A DNA stretch of 63,797 bases, the filler included, from Paramecium tetraurelia (lineage: Eukaryota), in NCBI GenBank assembly GCA_000165425.1. It is 6 parts of 6 records of this genome, joined end to end, with 100 filler letters (N's around TTAATTAATTAA, not from the genome) between each part and the next. Parts side by side here need not be neighbours in the genome. Positions count along the whole stretch, not along the records: positions 19,004 to 37,626 come from CT868102.1; positions 37,727 to 56,344 come from CT868103.1; 4 more parts are not named here. One strand, given 5' to 3'. Shown here in pieces: positions 27,401 through 39,062 of this stretch. The notes below the pieces were generated by a model. That model did no database searches. It was given only the letters and a program-made list of their open reading frames with translations, and was not told where the DNA came from. Positions within the stretch are counted from its first letter, which is position 1. The number at the start of each line of letters is the position of its first letter. A program made the translations under genes and the position numbers.

Positions 27401-28653
27401 ACACATTGTCATTTTTATACCATTCGTCATTAATATAATATTGTTGTTGACTCATAAACTCGTTGGATTAGGCAGTATTGATCTTATCACAAAATTGTTG
27501 CAATCCTTAAATTAGTTGAATGATTAGATACCATAAATCCTCTTCTCCAAAGCTGTGCAACGGAAGCATTGTAAATACACACTCATTTCAGACAAGGCAA
27601 TCAATTCCTTCTTCTAAGCAGAAGTGTAGAATTGATCAAATATATTTTCGATTCCGTCAGTCAACTTTTTGATTGTGTCTCGATTGGAATTCTTGATTTC
27701 TTCCTCTGTCAATTTGGATGTCAAAGACTGAAAGTCGAAAATGGTGGAAATAATTCAAAAACTTCTGCCTATCCAAAAAAGTATTGAGATATTGGAAGAT
27801 GGAGAAGACATCCAAATTATTTAGATTGAAATTCCTAATGGCGTCATCCAAGAGAGCGAAGCCTCCATTCTTGTAGAAGTAGTGGATTTGGACTCTTTGA
27901 AATGGGGAGAACGAATACACATCTTGATTCATTCGATAGGAATCCAGGATCTCCCCCTTGAGTGGATAAAAGGTCTTGGAATTGTAGAGTTCTGTGAATT
28001 GGATGTTATCAGAGCCTTCAAGTTCACTTCTAACACCATGATGCAAGCGTTCACCGTAGAAGTCATTAAATGTGTCAATATAGGCGCTTAAGTCCCGAAT
28101 TTTGCTATCGTAGAAAGAATTGCTTAGGATAGAGTGCAAACGTTTTAGGATTGAAAGTGAAATCTGAGGATGTTCCTTCCATATCTTAATACTCACACTT
28201 TGAACTAGAAGCAGGATCTCATTGATGTAACATTAGATCTTTAATTTGCTGGTATCATTAATACTAGTTAGAAAGAAGGTCAATACGATTTATCGAGAGC
28301 GACTTCTATCATCGGCTAGAGACGCTTATTGAAATATTGATTTAGGTCAGGGACAAAGAGTGCTCTATCAAGGAGAATGGCTTTTAACTCAATCTCAAGT
28401 TCACTCAAGTATTCCATCCATTTCATGGTGTAATCTTAATTTAGATGTGATGCCTACATGAACGCATTTGGGAAGCCTTGCCTTGATGCAATGTATCATT
28501 TAATTCTATCATTTCAATTCCATCCTCAAACTGTCTGATTTTCTGCACATCGTAGTACACATCGCAGTAGCTGCCGACTTAAACATATTTTTTTGGCTGT
28601 TGTTATTAGAACCCATGAACTTCAACATCACCTGATTGGTATTATTGATTCAT
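21401..28653 (-). CDS. Large ubiquitin C-terminal hydrolase, USP9/USP24/USP34 family (~2350 aa)
   Basis: Cys box GFVGLRNLGATCYINSLLQQFYM (~24130-24062) and His box KGVLVHVGSAEGGHYYSYIR (~23307-23248), with a long helical N-terminal region. ATG at 28653, TGA at 21403-21401, short introns (e.g. 21641-21669) and a few single-base frameshifts. Confidence 0.92.
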
Positions 28654-28890
28654 AATATAATTTAATATTATTTTTGATTTTCACTTTGCCAAGTCTTATA
28701 CAGCACTTTTGAGTCTCATTCAAGACTTCTGCAGTTTGATAATGCATTAAAAAGTGTATGTATTCAATGGAAAGAACATTCATTTTGGGCAACAATCGAA
28801 TACTCCTGGAATTCCATTACTTGAGAGTACAATTATTAAACATGAATACATTAAATTAATTTTTTACTAATCCCTCGTTCTTATTCTAAC

Positions 28891-29238
28891 ATGGGAATGT
28901 GCACTTCAAGAAGGAAAACCTAGGATCACAAAAACACCATGCCCACTTCTGAATTACATATCAGTTACAAATCTTCAGTTTAACAAATCAAATCTATTTA
29001 TTTCGATGCTGATTAGGTTTTCATTGATGAAATTTCTAACGATGCCAATTAAATAGCATATGAAAAATAAAAACGCAGTTACGTTCAAAGAGAAGTTCCA
29101 ATACAATTACTCTCAGAGAAAAAACGTAATGCCCATTAGATGGGTTTAGAACCTTAATTTCATACTCATCGAAAAGTTCCCATTCTTTCATCTAAAGAGA
29201 ACTCGATCATCCAAAAAAGGAAAAGCATTTAAAAATGA
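28891..29238 (+). CDS. Small hypothetical protein (115 aa) with an N-myristoylation/palmitoylation-type N-terminus
   Basis: Intronless open frame MGMCTSRRKTQDHK...VPILSSKENSIIQKRKSIQK-TGA with Gly2, Cys4, Ser6 and a basic cluster. Confidence 0.75.
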
Positions 29239-29337
29239 GCTATGATATACTCTGTCAATTAATTCAGTCAGAAAGAAAGATCAATTATTTATTGTATTAA
29301 ATAATAGCATCACCAATATATATAATATATATTAATA

Positions 29338-30755
29338 ATGTCAGAAAAGAGAGATAATTTATGTTCTCTTACATGCACATGCATGATCACTGTCTGCTAT
29401 TTGGGAGCCATAGGATTATGCCGAACAGTGCTCTTCTCAAACATTCTCAAACTAGATGATAAAGTAATAAACTCAGTGTCATTGGGCATATTTAGCCTCA
29501 TCTTTTTGATAGGCCCCTTTTCATTGCCATTCTTCTAGAGGATGATTCTAAAATTCACCTACAAGTATCGAATAATATTTGATTCAGAGCAGTATTTTTC
29601 ATCACCAGTGTAGCTAATATCTTTAGTATGACCTTGTACATCATCGTGATTGAGCAGCAGCCCAAAGACGTGTACTTAATTACAACCATCTTGATATTCG
29701 AGGCGCTTGTCTAGCCCCCTTTATGGCAATCTTCTATTGCGCATTCAATTACTATGTTCGTAGCATGTCCAATAAGAACAATGTTAGCATTTACTTTGGA
29801 GTAGCCTACTCCTTATTCTGCATGCAAAACTTTATAGGAGATATTTATGATCATATTCGAAGGGAAGATTTACGACTACAATGAATACTTCTATTATCCA
29901 ATGTTGGGAGTATCCTTACTCATAACATTCCTTTATTGGTTCATCAAAGAACCAGACTCATTGTCGAAATCAGTGACCAAATAAAGTATTGATTTGTAAT
30001 AGAAATTGAATGAGCATTTATATGGTTCATTGATGGATGATGACAATTAAAAGAATTAAGCAAATAATAACGAATATATCACTCAATTTAAACTAATTTG
30101 GAAAATACCAAAGTAGTACCCTTAATTTGTGTACTTGATCCCTACCATCATATCCATCGGAATGTTCACTGCCTTTAGTGTCGTTTACTCTTAGGATATG
30201 ATAGAACCCAACTATACGAATGTCTCCTATTTAAAACCTGCCATAGTTACCAATCTCAGCATTCATGGGGTTGGTTAATTCTTAGGAGGTATCCTGATTG
30301 GATTTCTATCATATTCCTATGGGTACTTGAATTTGTTGATAGTTTTGCAGTTGTTCGGAGCAGCCACTTATTTATTATCTGTAAATTGATTGTATTAATT
30401 AAGGATTGTTGGTGAAGCAGATGAGATCAACAACAATAGGAATAGCTTGGTTTACACCTTCAATTTTATGTCAGGATTACTAATCTCGGCTGTCCAAGTC
30501 CTGACCTTCTCTTATTGTGGATCTGAGTATGTTGAAAACAAGAATGTCCTACAAATATGCAACTGGATTTACTGTTGGAGTTTCTACTTCTTCACAGTAG
30601 TGATGAGTATACCCAATATCCCAGGGACTGCCAATCAGTATTTAATCATTAGTGTAAATGTGTTTGGATCCTTCATACTTGCTTATTGTGTGTTGAATTT
30701 CATATGCTTATGGATTCACAAAAGGAAGTACTTATAATTGCGAGAAAATGAGTGA
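29338..30755 (+). CDS. MFS-type (UNC-93-like) multi-pass membrane protein
   Basis: About 11-12 hydrophobic segments in two halves split by a hydrophilic loop, including NNVSIYFGVAYSLFCMQNFIG and GVGQFLGGILIGFLS. Short introns near 29565 and 30381, a frameshift near 29720, and TGA at 30753-30755. Confidence 0.75.
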
Positions 30756-30802
30756 TTAAATATGGTATATATTAAATATATTTTAATAAATAATTATAAT
30801 TA

Positions 30803-31830
30803 ATGTACAAGTACAACTTCGAACAAAACTCTCAACATCGTATAGAAATCTTGGAGTTGAGTGATGAGAAGTGCAAATTCAGCTTTGAAGGCGATTTGTC
30901 CATTGCAAATGCCATCCGAAGAGTTATGATTGCAGAAGTCCCTGTAAAATTTTGGACTAAAATATTAGGTCATGGCAATTCATTTTGTTGATATTATTGA
31001 AAACACAAGTCCCCTGTCAGATGAATTCCTTGCCTAAAGACTTGGTTTGATACCTCTCGTTTCATATGCTGCTGACAGCAAAATGTATGATTGGGAAGCT
31101 GATGCAGATTCCATTAGATGATCAAAAAACAAAAGTGGTCTTTACCTTAAGATAAAAAAATCTGAATGATGCTCCTTTGGAAATCACTAGTCAACACCTT
31201 GAACCTGAATTTGGATAAGTGGGTGAAATGGCAATTAGACCTGTCAGAATGTTTTCGCCAATCAATGGCAAGGAAGTGGGCATCCCTATTACAAGACTAG
31301 GAAAGAATCAATCTGTTCATGTACGCTGTCATGCACTCAAAGGTTTTGGCAAAATGCATGCTAAATGGACTCCCATCAACATTGCAACATTCAGACATGA
31401 AGCGGGTATATTTAAAAATTTATTATATGTAGAACTCAATTTTGATCATTCCTAAACACAATCCTTGTCCTTATTTGAAAAACAGTCAATCAGAGATTCT
31501 TGTCCCATGAATGTCTTTGCTATGGATGCTAATTAAGACCTTATTGTCAATGCCATTGAAAAGTGTGTGTTCTGCGAAGAATGTATCCGATGTGTAATTA
31601 TATATATTTATTAAATAGGCTGAATCCATGAAGAAACCCAGATTGATTAAAATGCAACATAAAAAAAATAAATACATTTTCACTGTTGAGAGTGCTGGCT
31701 AATTAAAAGCTGCTGATATCGTTTAAAAAGTAAATATCCATTTATTATGTAGGCATTGATTGTTTTGAGGAAGAAAGTTGATGAAATATCTTAAGATCTG
31801 AGTTTTGCCTAATAATAATAACAGATTTGA
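30803..31830 (+). CDS. RPB3: DNA-directed RNA polymerase alpha-like subunit, RPB3-like
   Basis: Motifs IANAIRRVMIAEVPVMAI, ENTSPLSDEFLAQRLGLIPL, KGFGKMHAKWTP and FTVESAGQL. Introns at 30944-30968, 31406-31432, 31594-31618 and 31730-31752. HAKW and DEF favour RPB3 over AC40. Confidence 0.85.
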
Positions 31831-31920
31831 AAATTAATTTTATTATTGTCTAGTATATATATTACATAAAATTTAAATTAGTCTATAATCACTTACTAAT
31901 AAATTTTACATCAAATAATA

Positions 31921-32339
31921 ATGCTTTCTTATGTTTCCTTGAATTCTAAGGACAGTTTAGAAGAATTTCTTCAATTATATTAGTGCAAAGATTCACAGAA
32001 AAAAAATGTATTGAAAAAAGAGCGAGAAATAGTACAATATTTGAAAGGCCTAGGTCTTTAAATGAAAACAGACCCACTCTTAAAACTATAAAGATTTGCC
32101 AAGTGCAGCATTTATATTAAATTAGTTTTGCAATTTAAAGCGATATTTCTCCTGATTCTAATGAAGAAATCACCCTTGAGAGAAAGCAGCAGGTTATCGA
32201 AAACAAAGAATTCAATCTTTCCAACAACCCCTTTCTCAATAGAGAGAGTCGATAAATAAAACGCTCTTTCTCCTTCGAAAATAACAATCGATTTTTAAAT
32301 GACCAAAGAGATAATGTTGAATTACATCAGTTTGACTGA
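31921..32339 (+). CDS. Small hypothetical protein (~131 aa)
   Basis: MLSYVSLNSKDSLEEFLQLY... is open to TGA 32337-32339 if the 23-nt GTGCAG..TTAG segment at 32103-32125 is spliced. Confidence 0.6.
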
Positions 32340-33457
32340 TTAGCCTTAAATATAAACATTTATATATATATATTTGCTTGCATCGTCTATATACAATTGA
32401 GAAAATTCTCAGACCGTTCAAATCTTCGCACATTTTTAAATATTCTGGATGAATATTTGTGATAAGATTTAATTGGTTGATTAATTAGCAAATAATAATT
32501 AAAGTTTATTATTTAATTAAAATACTCATTTATTGCAAATAGTTTATTTTTAATTCTTATTGAATATAGAATTCTTGATCATATATCCAATTACATCAAT
32601 TAATTAACATTTTCAATAAAGGATGTATGACAAAATTTTAACATCAAAAATTATTCAAATCCTCAATTAAGCTTATCGTTAAAGATAATGACAATTAAAT
32701 TAATTATATATCATAATTATCTAAAATTGAAGGCTGAATACACAAAAAGAAAAATTTATATGCTAATTGTAGAGATTCTTTTAGTGTTGCCTATACTTAG
32801 TGTTTTCTTATCTGTATTAAGGAATTACACAATATACATCTGATCAGTATTGCTTCTGACTTCTATGCAATAATTTATTTCTGATTAAAAATTTTAAAGA
32901 TTAAATGCTGAATACAAAAGTGAGAAAAAATAATGAATAGACACAGACTTCAATTATTATTAGAGCTTGCAGAAATGATTGATATCAAAATTGATTTAAT
33001 AATAATTTATCAATTGATGAGTCCTAATTCATTAGATTTATTCTCTAAATATATAAATAGTTATTTTAATCAATTCATCATTTTAATTCTTAGATATATA
33101 TATTTAAACATAAAGACATTTTAATCCAGTTAGCTTAATTTTTGAAAGGAACTTGAAATAGTCATCAATTCTTTAGAAAATATTAATCAATCAAATGTTT
33201 GGTCAAAAAGATGCATTTGCTAAGCCTTGAGGATTGATTCTTGTCAAAATCGGAGATATTTGATTGGAATTTCGTAGAAAAGATAGAACCAAAAATTCTG
33301 ATTTGGGATAACTTTAATTTTTTATTAATTTACTGAGTTGTTTTATCACTTATAAAATTTTATATATAAAATACTGTAATTTGGTAATTTAAATAGTATG
33401 ATATATATATAATTTTATAATTTTTATAATTGTATTCAGCTTTGCGTTTAATTTTAT

Positions 33458-35211
33458 TCAAGGTCGTTTATAACACTCAAATCTCAATACATTTAGATCA
33501 TGTAATTACTCTTAATTCAGTTTAACTATGCTATCTAGTTCATTTCGAAGATAATATAAGAAACAAATCACAATTATGAAAAACCAAATTTAAATTTTAG
33601 ACACAGAATTTATTTAAGAAGTCTTTTATTAAGAAATATCTTTAAAATTCTAATTTTACTATTCTGAATTTTTTTAAGTGATTGATTACAATTTATCAAT
33701 TGATGATTAAAGACTATTTTATAAATTGTTAATTTAAGTATTTTATTATTCTGAATTTTTAAAAGTTAAGGATTAAAAATTATCAATTGATGCTTAAAAA
33801 CTATTTTATAAATCTTAAACTTTTTTATTTTCCAAATCTGATTTTACTAAATTTAGGGATTATAAATTAGAAATTTCTTTTTCCAGTTTTTAAAGAAAAT
33901 TAGTAATTGTATCATTTTGAGTGTTTAATTACTATTTAATTTTTGAATGGTTAAGCGTATTAGATTAAATTATTATTTCTTGTTCCTCAACTTTTTGTTT
34001 TTGCATTTCAAGTTCCTTTTCTAAATTAATGATGTATTAATTGGTTCTTTATGAATTGAAATCTAATTCAGTACAATAGTTTAGTACATCAATGACTTAA
34101 TCAGAAAAGATTTTAGAAAATTTACTTTCAAAGTTTTAATAAAACTAATCATAACTAAAATTAATTTATTCTTTAGTTTTTGTAAGTAGGTTTTAATCAA
34201 GATGACCAAAAATATAGTTAGGAATTTCAGGTTTTAAAATGCAACTTAATTATTGTTATCCTAAGAAAAACTGCTGATTCTTTTTATTATTCATAACTCT
34301 CATAAGAATTGTTTTGGTTTTTATCAATTTTTTATAAATTCGTCTTAATTGATTTGTTAATATCTTTATTAAATTTTCTTCGTTAATTATTCAATTAGTT
34401 CTCTTTTTTCTGTTTATTCTTTCATTACTATGGCAAGAGTTTTAATATAATTATCTTATTGATGTTCTTTGTGATCTTGTAAAATACAGAGCGAGCACTC
34501 TAATTTTAATGGATCTTTCTCTAAACATTTGAGATGGGTACATAATAACTCCTTTTAACTTAAATGTAACTCACACTATTCAAATTAAAAGTTATTTAGA
34601 TTATCTACTTCTATTTAGTAATCCATTTAAGCAAATTTCAGAAAATGTTCTCTTTCAATAAAATTTTTTTAATTTATCAATATATCCCTCTTCATTTCAA
34701 TTTAATTTAATTAATAATTTAGTTATCTCGTTGATTAGTCCCTAATATCTTACATTTCATTCTATTTGTCTTGTAAATTGAACTTATAAAAATAAATAAA
34801 TGTATCTAATGACGGATTTTCTATTAGATTTTCAGCCTTTTATATATTTTGAGCTAAGACCTAGCTGGAATTTTCAGTGATATCATTGAACATTTTTTTT
34901 TGATTATTTTACCAATTAGTTAGAGAAAGTAGAATAGCTGATAATTGTTCTTCTATCTATGCATGTAATTCTGAGTTCTTCTTAACTTCGTTGAGCAGAT
35001 GTTCTTTCAAGCTTGTATAATTTGCATGAGCTGTTTTCTCAAGTTCAGACAATGTTATAATTTTATGTTATTCAGCCTTTTTTTCTCTATGATTTTATTG
35101 GAAACAACAACTACAACACAGCTTATTATCTGCCTTTTGAAGACAAGTAGGATGGACACAAATATACTTTTATTCCTCTTATTCATGTGAAGAACAATAA
35201 GATTTATTCAT
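33458..35211 (-). CDS. Protein with two B-box-like Zn-finger + coiled-coil units and a near-C-terminal transmembrane helix
   Basis: ATG at 35211. ZnF1 is CSSH...YICVHPTC...CCSCCFQQNH and ZnF2 is CELH...LCTHLKC...CSLCILQDHKEH. There is an 87-nt internal duplication (33661/33748), a TM segment IWFFIIVICFLYYL, and one frameshift in an A run near 34330. Confidence 0.75.
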
Positions 35212-35446
35212 TTTTATAAAATAATTTTATGATTGAAAAAATTGCGTGATTAAATTTGCTTAATTTACTTAGTATTATAGATTATGAATAAAAGTTAAAG
35301 CTTATAGAATGTCATATAAATCTGGATTTTCAAGGGTAATATTAATCTGGGAGGGAGTTACTTTAGAATAGCATTGCGAAATTGGTAATGTTGATTGTTA
35401 TTAAGGTTCTGATTGTATATAATTATAAATTAATAATTAATAAAAA

Positions 35447-37626
35447 ATGGGATAGTTTTTAGGGCATTTACAAAATGCATAACCTCCCTAATCAAATCCA
35501 TTACTTAATAACTCAATATCAAAATTACGTGAGTATCATGGGTCTTTTCAATCTGTTTGCGATACATTTAGTATAGATTTGACAGAGTTCGAATAGATAT
35601 TCGGAAGCAATGAGACAATGTTTTAAATATGGGATACAGATAACAATGGGTATTATAGTTATGAATATGTGTAGATTGATCAATGCATTGGAATTGTTTT
35701 CAGGTTTGATCATATTTGCAGAGAGTAATTTCGAGGAAAAGGCGCGATTTTTATTTGATCTATTTGATTTCAATGAATTGAATTCTTTGAGTTTAGTAAG
35801 AATTATGTGATAAATCAAGATTGATTTGGATTTTATGTTGTTGTCATGTGCAAATGCAACCTTCAAAATAATGCAAATAAATAATGAGGTAAATGAGGAA
35901 GAAATCTCGGATTTCTTAAGTAATTTTTTTTCGGACAATCAAAGAGTAAACATAAGTTAGTTTTTGAAATGGTGTGTGAAGACGGACGAAATTCGACAAT
36001 TCCTCTAATTAATCAAGAAGGAAGCTCCAGAATTAAAAGTAACAGCCTAGACAGAGTAGCTCAGCCAGAAGATAGATGTTCTAAGATAAGTGTTCAGCAA
36101 GGAGTTTGGTAAAAAACTCTTATTGCCAGATTCCAAGCGTCCCTACTTTGATCAGAGAGGTCTTGGGTATAAATGAGTAAGTATTCTTAGGTCAATTTTA
36201 TCATCCAAGGCATACCATTCAAAGATCTAATGGATAAGCAGTTTGGCTAAAAAGGTGTATGCTCCTTAGCCACAAGTATTTTAGAAAGACGTCTATGCTA
36301 AAATGAATTGGGTTTATGGATTTAGAGGCAAGGACGTGAAGAGGCCATTGCTCTATATAAAGATGCAATCTAACACTGATACGGCATTAAATGAGAAGAT
36401 GATATTCTTTACAGCCTGTATAATAATAGTGTATTACCCAAAAATAAATGAGCAACGCCATTATTTAGAACACGAGAGTGAAGTGATAAGTGTGGCAGTG
36501 GCCAATAATCTGAGTCTGATGGCCAGTGGAGAATACGCTGAGTAACCAGCTATTCACATATGGGATAACAATACATTGCATAATATTGGAGTGATAAAGG
36601 GTGTTCATTAGAAGGGTGTTCATTTGTTGACCTTCTTTGGTAATGATGAGTTGTTAGCATCATGTGGAATAAGAGTGGCTTCTCCCATTTTGATTTATAA
36701 TATTAAGGATTTCACATTGGTGCTATCAACATAGGTGAATGAATTTGCAGTGGATTTATTGACCATAAAGAACTTTATTGGATCATTTGGAGGTGCTCAA
36801 TATCGATAGCAATAAATAAATCAACAGAGTTTATTGAATCCATTCAAGAAGTACGAGAACTCTTTTGTGGTGTGTACAATTTACCAGATTATTCAATTTC
36901 AATATTACGATGGACATTTTTTAACTAAAGAAATTCAGTTGGAGGAATATAATTTGACATCACCTCTAACTTGTGCAACTGCTCTAAGAATATATTCTAG
37001 AGATCCCTATTTAAAGGCTTATCAGGCTGAGGAGGGAGAAGCCATAGTGATAATATCAGGACATTAGAATGGAGCGGTGATTTTGTGGGAGAACTTTGAG
37101 AGGATGGATTTGATGACCACATATAAGGATCAGATAGTGTGCATAACCAGTTATCAATTTGGGATAATAATTGGGACGGATGCCAGTACTATCCATTTGT
37201 GGGATTTCAAATTCAAGAATAATATAAAGAATATAGATTTGACAGCATTTAGTTTCAAATTGTTTAGTTATGTTATAAGTGACATAGTGGTGGCAGGTGA
37301 TAAATTATTGGTGGCTTCAACAGAAGGAGATGTAGTGGAGATCTTTTTACAACAGAAACAAGAACACTCTAGCAATTCATTTGTGAATAAATTAAGAGCA
37401 AATAGGATCAATTATATCATTCAATTGAGTGGAACCTTGTAGGCATTGTGTATATTGGAGAGACCAGACAGTGACGACAAATTGGTATTTTGTGCAGGAT
37501 CATAATCAACAGTGTATGGATTCTCATTGGAGACTCATGAAATTGTGGATGTGTGGACTATTGGAGATTAGATATCATCGATGGATTGTATTAATTTTGA
37601 AGATGGAGGAGCAGTGTTTGCATTAG
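35447..37626 (+). CDS. EML (echinoderm microtubule-associated protein-like) HELP/WD40 protein with N-terminal EF-hands, 3'-truncated
   Basis: Starts MGQFLG, with EF-hand loops WDTDNNGLINALE and FDFNELNSLSLID, then a HELP-like KMNWVYGFRGKDVKRPL and QRHYLEHESEVISVAV...LMASGE...IHIWD. Introns of 24-25 nt. Confidence 0.85.
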
Positions 37627-37726
37627 NNNNNNNNNNNNNNNNNNNNNNNNNNNNNNNNNNNNNNNNNNNNTTAATTAATTAANNNNNNNNNNNNNNNNNN
37701 NNNNNNNNNNNNNNNNNNNNNNNNNN
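37627..37726. other. Artificial spacer N44-TTAATTAATTAA-N44
   Basis: Same 100-nt construct, with the 12-mer at 37671-37682. Confidence 0.97.
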
Positions 37727-39062
37727 TACCAGATGCTAATGTAGTACCATCAGGAGAGAAATTGACTGACCATACTGCTGATGAATGACCATCTAATTTG
37801 GCTTTTTATTATCCTGTCTTAGCATCCCATAAACGGATAGAGTTATCATAACTACCAGATGCTAATGTAGTACCATCAGGAGAGAAATTGACTGATATAA
37901 CTGCTTCTGAATGACCATCTAATTTGGCTTTTTATTATCCTGTCTTAACATCCCATAAACGGATAGAGTTATCTGCACTACCAGATGCTAATGTAGTACC
38001 ATCAGGAGAGAAATTGACTGATAGAATTTCATATTCATGACCATCTAATTTGGCTTTTTATTATCCTGTCTTAACATCCCATAAACGGATAGAGTTATCC
38101 CAACTACCAGATGCTAATGTAGTACCATCAGGAGAGAAATTGACTGATATAACTGCTTCTGAATGACCATCTAATTTGGCTTTTTATTATCCTGTCTTAA
38201 CATCCCATAAACGGATAGAGTTATCTGAACTACCAGATGCTAATGTAGTACCATCAGGAGAGAAATTGACTGAATAAACATAACCTGAATGACCATCTAA
38301 TTTGGCTTTTTATTATCCTGTCTTAACATCCCATAAACGGATAGAGTTATCATCACTACCAGATGCTAATGTAGTACCATCAGGAGAGAAATTGACTGAT
38401 CTTACATAATCTGAATGACCATCTAATTTGGCTTTTTATTATCCTGTCTTAACATCCCATAAACGGATAGAGTTATCATCACTACCAGATGCTAATGTAG
38501 TACCATCAGGAGAGAAATTGACTGAATAAACATAATGCGAATGACCATCTAATTTGGCTTTTTATTATCCTGTCTTAACATCCCATAAACGGATAGAGTT
38601 ATCATCACTACCAGATGCTAATGTAGTACCATCAGGAGAGAAATTGACTGATCTTACATAATCTGAATGACCATCTAATTTGGCTTTTTATTATCCTGTC
38701 TTAACATCCCATAAACGGATAGAGTTATCTGAACTACCAGATGCTAATGTAGTACCATCAGGAGAGAAATTTGACTGAATAAACATAATGCGAATGACCA
38801 TCTAATTTTGGCTTTTTATTATCCTGTCTTAACATCCCATAAACGGATAGAATTATCTTCACTACCAGATGCTAATGTAGTACCATCAGGAGAGAAATTG
38901 ACTGAATTAACACGCGAATGACCATCTAATTTGGCTTTTTATTATCCTGTCTTAACATCCCACAATCGGATAGAACAATCTCCACCACCAGATGCTAATG
39001 TAGTACCATCAGGAGAGAAATTGACTGACTATACTGCTGATGAATGACCATCTAATCTATTT
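37727..39062 (-). repeat. Tandem array of 126-nt WD40-encoding repeats (10 complete + 1 partial)
   Basis: ACCAGATGCTAATGTAGTACCATCAGGAGAGAAATTGACTGA recurs every ~126 nt with near-perfect nucleotide identity. The array runs off the contig end. Confidence 0.98.

Noticed and set aside
32560..33330. Coding-like stretch between the 31921 gene and the B-box gene
   Set aside because: The plus-strand frames examined are interrupted by TGA and no family was recognised. Probably a relic, but it cannot be called.
37727..39062. CRISPR-like array (constant repeats with short variable inserts)
   Set aside because: The unit is 126 nt, in frame, and encodes WD40 repeats. The variable parts are a few codons, the context is eukaryotic, and no cas genes are present.
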